Part shown: piece after piece, positions 52,260 through 64,000 of the stretch
How positions within the stretch are numbered: the first letter of the stretch is position 1
Layout of the letters: every line of letters starts with the position of its first letter
The notes under the pieces: generated by a model
Database searches by the model: none
Told to the model about the DNA's origin: nothing
The model's input: only the letters and a program-made list of their open reading frames with translations
Translations under genes and position numbers: made by a program
Assembly (NCBI GenBank): GCA_025786725.1
Contig: JAHLTZ010000005.1
Span: 62,001 to 126,000 of the forward strand
Source: Syncephalis fuscata S228
Taxonomy: Eukaryota; Fungi; Zoopagomycota
Direction of reading: 5' to 3'
Length of the DNA stretch: 64,000 nt

Positions 52260-53249
52260 ATGCCGAAAGCAAAAATTGCACCTTCTCTACTGTCCGGCGA
52301 CTTTGCCGACCTAGCCAATGAATGCAAGCGAATGACTGAGCTAGGTGCTGACTATTTACATATGGGTATGTTACTGCTACAAACTAGCTATTCTTTTAAC
52401 AACGATAATAATAACAACCAATTACAATAATATTTGTATAGATGTTATGGACGGGTAAGTACTAAAGAGAGACAAGAGAAGCAAATGCCAACGCTAGCTT
52501 ACACATACTGTTAGCCATTTTGTTCCAAATCTCACACTTGGAGCTCCTATTATTAAGTCATTGCGCAAGCATACCGATGCTTTTCTTGGTAAGTTGGCGA
52601 CAAATGAGTTGACAAGTATTTTTTTGCTTATATCGTCACTGTTGCTTTATAGATTGCCATTTAATGGTATCAGAACCGGAAAAGGTAGATGTTGACAAGA
52701 TATTGATTAACGTATTGGATTATTATTAATATTTATTAGTGGGTAAATGATTTTGCTAAAGCGGGAGCGTCAATGTATACGTTCCATGTCGAGGCCACTG
52801 GTATGCTAATGCGTAGACATCGCAAATGAATTATTCTTAAATACAATCAATTTGCTAATCGAATTAATATAGAGGATGCTGCTTCCTTAATCAAGCGTAT
52901 CAAAAGTCTGGGCATGTTAGCCGGTATTGCTCTTAAGCCAGCCACATCGGTTGACGTGGTACTTCCGTTTGCTGCCGATGTAGACCAAGTGCTTGTAATG
53001 ACGGTAGAGCCTGGATTTGGCGGCCAGCTATTTATGCCGCACTGCATGCCAAAGGTACGAGCACTACGCGAACAATTCCCCAATCTGGATATCCAAGTGG
53101 ACGGTGGTTTGGGACTTGATACGATTGAGCAAGCGACCAGTGCTGGTGCCAATGTAATTGTAGCAGGCTCAAGTATTTTCAGTGCTGCTGATCCAAAACT
53201 GGTTATTGATGGTCTGCGTAAGAGTGTTGAGACCTATAGCGCGTCGTAA
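52260..53249 (+). CDS. RPE1: D-ribulose-5-phosphate 3-epimerase (multi-exon, 13-nt microexon 52442-52454)
   Basis: [14 protein letters not shown]|DVMDG|[48 protein letters not shown]. Confidence 0.95.
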
Positions 53250-53739
53250 TAAACGAGAAACAATTTATATTTGTTTGTCATAACTTTTATAATGATAGAT
53301 GCTATTTATACAGATTGTTTAAATTACAATGTTATACTAAAAACTATATGTTTATTTTTATCGTTTCTAATGAAAGCAGTGTCTAAAGGTGTAAAGTTGC
53401 TACATGGCACGATAAACCTGAAATATAACAGATACTGCAAAAATAATTGGCTAATTTTTGGTTGTAATGAGTGACTTACGATAATTATAAAAATATACGT
53501 TTTATTTAATAATTTTGGTGTTTTCGTTAAGAATAGCAATATGCGTTAAAAAATACTAAATAAAAATAAGAAGCTATCAAAATAAACAGGTTCCTGGCTA
53601 ATTTTGAATTAGCAGAGCATGTCTACTTAGTAATTACCAGCATCATAAGCAACGGCTCTTGGTAGTTTGTTTAAATATCACTACAATTTGTGAGCTTTGT
53701 TTATCTCTTATATCACGTTTGTGTCTTACCACCAAGGTT

Positions 53740-53935
53740 TGCTTCAACTGATTGGCACGAGACTCGTAGTAACTAGCGGCACCTGGGTCGGATAGCACAC
53801 GGGCAAGGTCTGCGCCAGTGACCAAGGCTATATAGCGAATCTATCGGCGTATATAGTGTTAAATAGGCAAAAGCGAGTTAAAACGACCACTTACTAATGA
53901 GAAGGCGTGGCTTCCAATGGCTTGCCCGTCGTATT
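53740..53935 (-). pseudogene. Isolated fragment resembling a GH15 glucoamylase helix pair
   Basis: Spliced reading GSHAFSL|IRYIALVTGADLARVLSDPGAASYYESRANQLK resembles the GH15 segment downstream of DLWEE; no other exons recognisable. Confidence 0.35.
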
Positions 53936-54172
53936 TGATACGGAACTAAATGAATACAATTAAATACGTAATATTATCATTAAATAACAGCTACTTACCA
54001 CAACAAATAGTCTGGATGATGGGCCAAAAACTCAAGATTATTTTTAATAATGGATTGCGAAGGGAAATGACCATCATACAACTGATAGATGTTTGCTTGC
54101 TTCTTTAACTGCACAAATGCATATTGACTAAAGGACATGATGAGTTGAGTAAATAGTATGCATTGCATGCAC

Positions 54173-55005
54173 TTACACTAATAATGCAGTTCGCAATGCA
54201 GTCAGATCCAAAGAATCCATGGCCTATTATTTTACATTTGCAACATAAATTAGTAGTTGATAACATGATGTTGTGTGCGCTAACTTGTACCTGGCGTTGA
54301 ATGCCGACCAATATAGAGCAAAGAGCCTCATTGCTGGTTTTTATGCATTTAAGAACGTCGGTCATGCGCTGGTGCTCCTGCGTTGAAGTACCGTTTATTG
54401 TAGCCATAAATTCCTAAAAATAAATAAATCATTCGTGTTAGTTACGTTAAATAATCCATACATATATATAGTCTTTTAATGCCAAACACACGCTGACGCA
54501 CCATTAATGCCGACTGGTCGAGTAAACTATCGCTAAGCTGGTTCAAGAATTGCTCAATCGGCATAGACCATAAATCAGCTCCATGGGACATAGTGCACAC
54601 GCGTGGTGAGGACACTGGTGAAATGGGAGGCGATGGTGGCATCTGAACGGTGCTGGCCGGCTTTGGACTGGACAGTGTGAGATGCACCTTGTTGACTGAT
54701 TGGTTTTCGCTTTGCACTCTTTGCATACGTCGTGCAGCTAGGTGTGTATCACTCTGAATGGCACGGGGTTGCGAATCGCTTGCGCAAGCAGCTTGAGTAG
54801 TCGTCTTGCCCGTTACAGGGGAGGTAACGAGAGTACGTTCTTTCGGGGCTGCCTCTGGATAGTACGGTTTAGCGCTTATCTTGCGCAAGTTTCTAGCGGG
54901 GCGGGCTCCGCGGGCCAGCTCATAGAAATATATTAAAGCTGTCACAGAGACGCTGTAGCATAATAACCACATAAAGCGAGTGGCGTCCAGCAACACGGCA
55001 AACAT
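54173..55005 (-). CDS. Hypothetical protein with N-terminal hydrophobic anchor, Pro/Ser-rich middle and helical C-terminus (3 exons)
   Basis: MFAVLLDATRFMWLLCYSVSVTALIYFYEL...; GT-AG introns join to EFMATINGTS...GIQRQ|AMDSLDLTALRTALLV*. Confidence 0.5.
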
Positions 55006-56434
55006 TTTTAATCGTAGTGGTAGTGGCGGTGGTGATATATAGAGTCGAGAAAGGTATTGGCACACAAAATCCTAGCAATAATACTGCCACTAGAATAAGC
55101 AAAAAGTGGACGTAGCAAGAAAAATAGTGGGTCGTTATTACTGTTGGCAAAGAGGTAAGTGAACAGCAAAGAGTAGAAAGAAAAAGGATTTCATATTTAC
55201 CATCGGCCACGAGAATTTCAGTAGCACACTGTGTTACTTGGGGTCTTTTATGTGGGGTCTTTATCTATATATAGGTGTGAGTACCATGTGTGTTTAATTG
55301 CGATAACGCGTTCAATATAAAGCTGATAACGGCTTTACTAGACGTGTAGAGCTGCTAAATAATAGAAGATCTATTAGCTGTCTTTAGTTTGTACGCAAAC
55401 TGCCTAAATTCAGTATGAGCGATATTTTCTTATAGTAATAATTCTGATAAAATAGCTTGTAGATCACTAGCTAGTTAAAACTGTTGATTTTATTATTATA
55501 TTAGCCAGTTTGATATTTCTGTTTTATAGATGACTATTGCAAATTGTATTACATAGCTATTTTTGTTTTATCAACATCAGTACTGGTGTTATAATTTTGG
55601 TTTGTTGAACACTAATGGTATGTTGATTTAATTGCGTCCAATGTTTATTTTTATTAAATTAATAAATTTACATCCAATCAAAATGGACACCCAACAGTTA
55701 GATTCATTTATTACTGTTGCCAAAGTCAGTATAATTAATTAAAATAGTGCAATAAAACAATAAATCATTAAGCGAATAACCTAACGAATAATTTTACCGA
55801 CCTACTGGATGAGTAGTGGAAATTTTGATCAGGCAAAGTATTCAAACTCCGATATCAAAATCTAACATATTTAATATATTAAATAATTGTTTAATTGTTT
55901 TATAAAACGACTAAGCAACAAAATAGAATATTTTATCTATTCAACTAATACCCTTGAATAATAATTTTAATATAAAGTATTCATTAACTAATAATTTAAT
56001 AACATTAACATATTTAATCTAAGCAATCTGACATCAATAGCCTTACTAGTGGTATTATAATCTATAATATCGATTGCTGGTCAATTATATACGTGGAACT
56101 ATATATTATCTAACTATACATGCCATAATGTTAACAGGCATCTTATTTTAATATACACAGTCAATAATAATGCCATTAATGGTATTTATTTCATATTTAT
56201 ACAAGCACAGTGTAGTTATTATCAAATATACACCATCTATTATTTGTAAATACTACCACAGTCCTATTCAATCCCTTTGCGATAAAAACAAAATGGTTAT
56301 AAAAAGGGGTGTTATTGATAAAAAAAACGATGGTAAGCAATGTGAACATGATTTGTGCGGTGTAAATATGGAAACATGAATGATGGTGTAACATCGATAG
56401 TCTATAGACACGTGGATCCAGCTCAAAAATAAAT

Positions 56435-57180
56435 TTATCCAATAAATGCGGTTTCATATTTGGTAACTTGTACTTGACCGCCACCAGCTGCAAATCCAGT
56501 ACCTATAATAGCAAGTATAGCGGTTGACATAAGTTTACATTAGAGAAATGGCGCGTTTTTATTCAAATATCGACTTACCATCAGACTGCAAGGTAATAAT
56601 ATCTTTGTCCTTGCACTTTTTCTCACAAACAAAGCATTGCTTAGACGGACGTACAAATTTATCAATACAATGATTGCAGAGAACATGTCCGCAATTCTTG
56701 GATACTGTTCTGCTTGTGTTAGTGAACTGTGCACTATATTGCATAATAAGACTTACACATTAATTTCATACTGTTGGTAAGTGATTTGGTGCACGAGGGA
56801 CATACAGCCGATTGACGTCGTTCCTGAGCTGTAGTCACCGTGTCATTGTCATTGTTGTTATTATTACTGCCACTGTTATTGCCTTCCTTATCACTTAGAT
56901 AAGTAAACTGGACGGTAATTAATCTCTTGATACTAAATAACCTATAAGTACTGTATCTTATTTATTAATGGTTACACTATCGGCCTACCTAATTGTATGT
57001 AGTGTATTGGATCCTGTACAGATAGGCTGTGTTTTACTTGTATCAATAGTGTTTCCTTTAACTCCTGGTGTCAAATGTGGCTAAATGATTGTTAATGTTA
57101 TTTATATATATACCAATATTTACTAATAATTACTTACAATCCAGAAACTGGGCAACTTGGCCTTATTCTTCTCTGCCTAT

Positions 57181-57222
<42 letters not shown>

Positions 57223-57987
57223 TGAATTTAATATGTATTCTATCAATTATTTTAATATTACCGCATCTTTTTCCATTGCTTCAATGGTACGTTGCCGTTC
57301 AGCTTCTTGTCTAGCAGCAATATCTTCAGCGTTCATTTTAAATATTTTTTGGGCAGTAGCTTTAACAGTCATCATTAGTAGGCAACATTTAAATATCAAT
57401 CATAGGTACCTTCAATTGACTCTGGCATGCCACTACTAGTATTTTGTGCCGTCTTTTTCCTATTCATTTGTGCTGATTCAAATTCTTTAACCAAAGCAAG
57501 CTGCGCTTGTTTTCCTTTAATGGTTCGATCAGCCTATGAACCAACGGTTGATCAATAGGTATAATATACACTTTATTGTTATATACCTCCTCTTCTTTTG
57601 CCTGTTCCTCTGCCAACTTAAGATTTCGTGCAATATCTCGTTTTTGTGCCAAAATATTTTCATAAAAACATTCTTTACAAGCTAAATGGCCTTGTGGACT
57701 AAACCAGCAAGTCAAATGTTATCTTTATAGCTAGCAACTATTTTACTATCTCTTCTACTTACCAGCATAAAGGATCGCGTGCTGTTTGCAAACATAGAAA
57801 GCAGGCATCGTAGTCACGCATTGAATCACGCCCAATACGTTTCTAAATAACAATGCTGTCCGTAAGTAACAGCAAGACTGGCGCACAAGCACGCATGTCT
57901 TACCCTTTGTGTGCCATACTTTAGCTTCTCTCTTTCAGCGTAGGTGAACACGCTAGAGGCCGTGTTATTTTTCGAGTGTCGTGTCAT
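56435..57987 (-). CDS. NOSIP: NOSIP-family RING/U-box protein (multi-exon)
   Basis: MTRHSKNNTASSVFTYAEREKLKYGTQR|KRIGRDSMRDYDACFLCLQTARDP, GHLACKECFYENILAQK, FWIxPHLTP, CGHVLCNHC..C..C, DIITLQSD|GTGFAAGG. Confidence 0.9.
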
Positions 57988-58185
57988 AGCAGCTAATACA
58001 CAACAATGGTACTATAGTTTTACAGGAGTGCGATTTGTGAACACAAATATATGGAAAAGAAAAGAAGTGTCCAGTGTCCACCTGTTCAAACGCACTCTTA
58101 TCACTGTTTCTTTCATCTTAACCGGGCCGCTTCCTGGTCTGTATATTGCTACCGAGTTTAAATTCTGATTCACAAAATTGCGACC

Positions 58186-59729
58186 ATGTCGTCCACGGGC
58201 TCACCAGATGCCTCTGGTAAGTGGCCATAGTAGAACACCAGAGCCTATGTTTTATTGACCATGATAACATAAGTAGAGAATGCGCAAAAAAAGAGAGAAT
58301 GGACTGCGCAAGCAGATGAAACGTCCAAAGTGGCCGATAGCGAAACGGTAAGTGGGATAGCGTGCGATCGCGCGCAAGATCTTGTCTAAACTACGTCGAC
58401 CAGGTGGCAAGCGAGGACGTAACAGCACGGCCCGAGTCTTCACGAAAGAAAATGTATGTAGAATTAGAAAATCGACAGTCTATTAACAACAATGACATTT
58501 AGTCGAGAGGAGGATACTGAAGTGCAATCGGAAACAAGCTCGCCACCGCATAGCCATGTTCAGAATCGGATAAAGCGGCCAGGAGCGAGAAGAATAGCTC
58601 ATCATCGGCAAATATTGCTCATGACGTCGTGAATAGTAGCGATGGCCATACAGAAAGTACAGAAACAGCCACACCAGCTGCAGTATCGCAACCATCATCC
58701 TCGGGTGTAAGTCTATACCGTGTACTACAAACATTATAGAGCACGTATTAATCAATTGATGCTGTTTAGGGATTTCGTTTTGGATCTTCAAAGCCGATGT
58801 CATTTGGATCATTTGCTGCAAAAAAGGGCGAATCTCCATTTGCTGCGATCTCTGCCTCTACATCGAATTCACTGGCAGCAGCTGCGACGACAACAACAAC
58901 AACATCTATCACCTCGCATAGCAGTGCTAAAAAGAGCGATACAACGAAAACAAGTGTTGCTACCACTGTAGTTATGGCTAAATCCAGCAGCGCAGACGAA
59001 GATGACAATAGTGATTCAGGCAGCGAGGAAAGCGATGCTGAAGAGAATACATCTGAAGAGCCAGCTGGCTTTACCGTCTCAACACTAGGCGATGAATCAC
59101 GGCGTAAATTGGAAAGGGCACACGTCGAAGGTACTTTAACAAAAAAAATAGCAATTTATTCAATTGAATCATTATTAATCATTTTACTTATTAATTAGTA
59201 ACAACGGGTGAGGAGAATGAGGATAAGTTATTTGAAGTAAGATTATTGTGTACATATAATTGCTATAAACTAAATTATATTGACCACCCCTTGTAGATGC
59301 GCGGTAAATTGTTCGAGTTTGAAGATAATTCATGGCGTGAACGAGGCGTTGGTCTTTGTCATATTAATATCAATAAAGAGGATGCGAATAACGTTCGTCT
59401 TGGTAAGTAATCGATGTTTTAACACAATAATATCTAATCAACTGTAATGCATACCAATGCTATTTATTATAGTTATGCGTCGTGACAGAACAATGCAGTT
59501 AATTCTTAACACAAAGCTATTACCGGGCGTGAAACCATCGACGAAAGATGCCTCGATCTACTTTAAAGGCACCAATTTGGCTGGAGAACCGCGTTCTTTT
59601 GCAGTTAAAGTAAGTTATGATTAGGGAACGATATACAAACTGTTTCTAAATAACTATAATGACTAGGTCAAAAATGCAGACTATGCAAACGATTTCTATA
59701 ATGAGTTAGAGCAGTTGCATCAGTTTTAG
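58186..59729 (+). CDS. RanBP1-domain protein (Yrb2/RanBP3-like), multi-exon
   Basis: FG-like GFRFGSS..SFGSFA; Ran-binding domain VTTGEENEDKLFE|MRGKLFEF..SWRERGVG...RL|VMRRDRTMQLILN. Confidence 0.82.
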
Positions 59730-60438
59730 TGACGGTGTCTACATTATTATTGATTAAAATTGACTGCATTAAAATGTGGCCTAGATTGAATATTTAATAA
59801 TGATTAATATTATATAAACTGATTAACAAAGTGTTATAAACGACTATTATTAAGTTTATTGATGTTATAATCGGTTGGTAATAAATATTGTGATATTTAC
59901 TTAAATGATTGAACATTTGACAATGTGCACTCTAAAGCCAGCCATTTCTAAAACTGTATAAAAACAATAAATGCGTTTAAACTATCGGTCTATACAACAG
60001 TAACATAATTGAACATCTACGCAGCATATAGAATTAATTTATTAATGGCTATACTATTTGGCTACACTATTTATTTGACTATTTCTTTGTTTTATTGCAT
60101 AAAATATAAAAACATTAAATCGATAAGAAATAGCAATAATCATTGGCAGTAATAATAGCTGTAGTGGCTGTAGTATCGTTGCTATAGATTAAATCCTCAC
60201 AGCCAATATAATTGCCAGTTTTAAACCCCTGCAAATTTTTCGTTTGCTGTCTTTTTTCCCTGCTGTACACAGCCCCTTCAACGTCCAGTTCTGCCTCTTT
60301 CCACTATTCGGCTCGTTTTTTGCATCGTCGCCGTTTGATTCGGTAAGTTAGATTATGCAACATCACGCTACGATCCTGCATACGCGCTACTCGGAAATAG
60401 AGGACTTATTGGCTCGTAATTTATATATATAGATCAAC

Positions 60439-61136
60439 ATGTTCCGCGGTGCCACCGTCAAAGACGTCGACGCGCAAGCGTTCGTAAAGGCTTATGCTGC
60501 CCACTTGAAGCGCAGCGGTAAGGTCGAATTGCCCAAGTGGGTTGACCTTGTCAAGACTGGCTCCTACAAAGAACTCGCTCCATATGAAAGCGACTGGTTC
60601 TACGTTCGTGCTGGTAAGTGCTATTGATTGCAGTGGAGAAAAAAGAAAAACAGCTGGGATCTAGTCCATGAGCTTTTTCTTACTATCGGGCATATAGTGT
60701 ACGCACTATAAGATACTGCGCATAGAATGAATATCTGTTGAATTAATAGCTAATATGTATATTATGGTTAATGATTAGCCTCCATTGCTCGCCACATCTA
60801 CCTCCGCAACAGCGTTGGTGTCGGTGCTCTTCGCAAGTTGTACGGTGGCCGTGTTAACCGTGGTACACGTCCATCCCACCACGCTGATGCCTCCGGCTCT
60901 GTCCAGCGCAAGGCTCTCCAGGCTCTTGAGAAGCTTGGTGTCTTGGAAAAGTCCCCAGAAGGGTAAGTTACTATTGCAGCGATAAACATTAGCGTCGTAT
61001 ATGTATTCCAAACAATAGATGCTTATATTTTATTTTACTTTGTTATGTTATTACTTATAGTGGTCGCCGCATCACCAAGGATGGTCGTCGTGATTTGGAC
61101 CGCATCAGCGCTCAAGTCGCCAGAGCCTCCATCTAA
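60439..61136 (+). CDS. RPS19: 40S ribosomal protein eS19; exons 60439-60613, 60779-60962, 61061-61136; 5'-UTR intron ~60343-60432
   Basis: [46 protein letters not shown]|[23 protein letters not shown]. Confidence 0.97.
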
Positions 61137-61310
61137 GACGGTTTCTCGTGCAGGTTTGCCAATAAATCCTTGACCACTACATATTAGTTTTTACTCGCGT
61201 AGCCTACTTCTGTGCATATTCGTATTGTAGCAAAACATATAAGCAAATTAACAATTAAGAACATTTAATCAATGCTAAATCACTCATTTATTATAAAAAA
61301 AAAAAGAAGA

Positions 61311-63050
61311 TTAGTTATCTTCGTTGGCAGTAGACGATGCCTCTGATGTATCGTCATAAGGCTCATTTAATTGTATATTATTATTGTTGTTGTTGTTACG
61401 TAGCATTTCTTCTGATATTTGCTGATCAATTTGTTCGTAGTCTACAGTGTGTCGTTCCATAACTTCGACGGCTGGTCCAAGTAACCGAACAAAAGCATCT
61501 TTGGCCAATGCCGCTACACGTACCTGTCCCTTGGCCGTGACCGTAGCCGCCCGCGGCTGATTATGCAATAATGCCAATTCTAACGAATAAAACATACATT
61601 ATTGTTAGTATCTGTAATACAATCTTATTAAATCATATTAATACATACCACCAAAGTAATCGCCAGCCGAAAGAGATGGCAAATGAAGTATTGTTCCATC
61701 AGTGCTTATCTTTGTCACTTCAACGCCGCCCTTCTCGATTAGATAAAAGCGATGTCCTTCATCATCTTGTTCGATAATGTCATCGCCATCCTCGTAGATG
61801 ATCGGCTCAAGAGCATCAGAAAGTTTAGCAATTTCTGCATCTTGTAGATTTGCCAGAATAGTTACTGTTTTTAAGAAAGCCGTGTACATTTTACGTTTAC
61901 GAAAGCTATACCCAGTAATACTTTTACGAAATGTAACTCGATCTACACCCCAAAGAACACCGTCACTAGTGGCTTTAATGGTGGCAGCACGAGGTGTCTA
62001 CGCAATTATTAACTATACAACTGAATAAAATATACAGACATCGAACTTACATTATACATAAGCGCCAGTTCACCAAAACTATCACCTGGACCCACATCCA
62101 CCACCTTGTTATCATTAACAAAGATATCAAATGTGCCGCTATCAACTACGTAAAAATTATCGCCTTCTTCGCCCTGTTTGATTACTACTTCACCGACAGA
62201 TACCTTTTTTTCAAACATAGCATCCACCTAAATAATTACTATTAATAATGCATAGCTACTAAAACATAATAGGCATAACTGACCACAGGACGTCGCTGTT
62301 CAACCTCTAGATTACGAAATAGTAAATTTGAGCCAATGGCCGTCATAATACGATGTCTAGCTTCATCGCTCTTTGGAATAACAATGGTCGGTCCGTCGTC
62401 ATCTTTATCGGTCATCGATAATGATTCGGCACTAACTGATCCACGTCGATTGAACTTGAATGCCACATCATCTGATCCATGAGCAGCTTGGAAGCGTTGA
62501 GTAAAGCTCTTTTTTCCTAGTCCTGTAGGTTGCTGGAGTACAGTAGTAGTATACCTATTTAAATAAATAAAAAGTCAAATTATTTAATTAGTTAATATAC
62601 ATCAACCACATTGTACACTCTCTGTCTTACGCAAATGGATCTTTTAATTGGTTTCAATTCGTTAATAAACATTTGACTGTTAATCATCTATTAATTATAA
62701 AACATTGCTATAATAATTACCTGGATCCGACGATAAACGACGAGGTAAACCAACACGTTGAGTATTATTCGCCTGTTCCACTACTTTATTAATTACACTT
62801 TTTTATTAGCTACCATCTTCCACTTGCCTCTGCTAATGTGGCCGCCCTTTCTTTAAGCTGTTCCAAAAGAAATGGAATAGGTTCATTGGGCTGTTGCAAC
62901 AATAAAGTTACCAACAATTCCTATTATAATTGTATGAATTAATTGTATAACTGCATTCCTAATTATCACTACCTTAAATAGTACATCCAATTGATGCTTT
63001 TCAATATATTGCCTAGACGGCGACTCTTTTTCTCTAATACGCGATTGCAT
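61311..63050 (-). CDS. pkaR: cAMP-dependent protein kinase regulatory subunit (multi-exon; GC-AG intron; 10-nt microexon)
   Basis: N-terminal D/D domain ([22 protein letters not shown]), inhibitor site RRGSVSAES, two cNMP domains ([12 protein letters not shown]|TPRAATI; GDYFG|[14 protein letters not shown]). Confidence 0.93.
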
Positions 63051-63478
63051 CTTGCTGCTTGTTTTGAAATTGCTTTAATTATAGTAGGAATGTAAAGGAA
63101 AGGATGAGCAAGCGAACAACTAGCAATGTGAAGTTGTTGAAAGCCCGTCTGAGAGCGTTTACACAGTAGACTCCGCCGTTCGACGTGTTCGAAAGACGTT
63201 TAAACGTGAGAACTCGGCGGTTCTATTCACTAGACATGAATAGTAAAGTGGCCACACTTCATTGACAATAGCCATGGCCATATGACTCAATCAATTAATA
63301 GCACTCAAATAAAGGTATTTTCAATGTTCAACTATATACAACTACTACATACAAACATAACTAACTAACTAACTATCTATCTATCTATCTATCCATCAAC
63401 ATAATAATATACACGTCATCTCTATATCATAGCAAAAGTCAGTGTTGGTGTCAACATTGAATATTCATTGTAAAACAT

Positions 63479-63998
63479 TTAAGAAGCATCATCGCGCTTG
63501 GCAACATATTCAATGGCTTGTCCCACTGTCTTGATGTTGTCGGCATCTTCGTCAGGAATTTCAATACTGAATTCGTTTTCGATATGCATCACCACTTCTA
63601 CCGTGTCCAAACTATCTAGCTTGAGATCTTCGGTAAATGAAGCCGACTTATTAACCTATCAATATTATCACGTCATTAACGACGCGTTACAATACTTGTT
63701 AGTTGACATTCCAACAAACACACACTCTATAACAATCGTCTATTCTCTCTCTCTCTATTTTTCTTGTTATCTATGATAGATATCTAGATTCACTACTTAC
63801 TGCATCGGGGTTAATGCCTTCAAACGCCTTAATAATATTGAAAACGCGATCGGTAATCTCCTCGCTGCTCAAACCCGTTGTTGCGGCATACCAACGCGCC
63901 GCCATTGCAGGAAGAATACGCGGGGCCAGTGGATTCGCTTGACGCTGCACTGAGCGCAGAAGAGCATGGCCTGCTGGTCGGAGACTACTAAAGTTCAT
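63479..63998 (-). CDS. ACP1: Mitochondrial acyl carrier protein (NDUFAB1/Acp1); exons 63998-63801, 63655-63479
   Basis: Arg-rich presequence, then [46 protein letters not shown] with the phosphopantetheine Ser in DSL. Confidence 0.95.
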
Positions 63999-64000
63999 GC

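Noticed and set aside
9485-63998. Iron-homeostasis gene cluster (sreA, CTI6, mitochondrial ACP)
   Set aside because: Genes are 20-30 kb apart with unrelated genes between them; the functional link is probably coincidental

Overview
AT-rich, intron-dense eukaryotic DNA from an early-diverging fungus. The expanded M36 fungalysins, expanded F-box family and 7TM-RGS receptor suggest a zoopagalean mycoparasite such as Syncephalis (inference). Conserved housekeeping genes (FOL3, SreA-type iron GATA factor, URB2, CTI6-like PHD protein, mitochondrial bL17, POP1, Ran1-like kinase, LSM5, 7TM-RGS, RPE1, NOSIP, RanBP3/Yrb2-like, RPS19, PKA regulatory subunit, mitochondrial ACP) alternate with accessory islands built from local duplications. 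The islands hold two inverted fungalysin genes (one bracketed by ~400-bp direct repeats), four members of one F-box family (two near-intact, one pseudogene, one truncated copy), a small secreted 8-Cys protein, and a frameshifted secreted/GPI-type gene that the ORF track catches only in part. The most striking single signal is a candidate U12-type (minor spliceosome) intron in LSM5. GC-AG introns, microexons and a stop codon split by an intron are also visible. Many 1-nt frameshifts, some in essential genes, look like homopolymer sequencing errors rather than biology. No rRNA, tRNA, CRISPR array or autonomous transposon was recognised.
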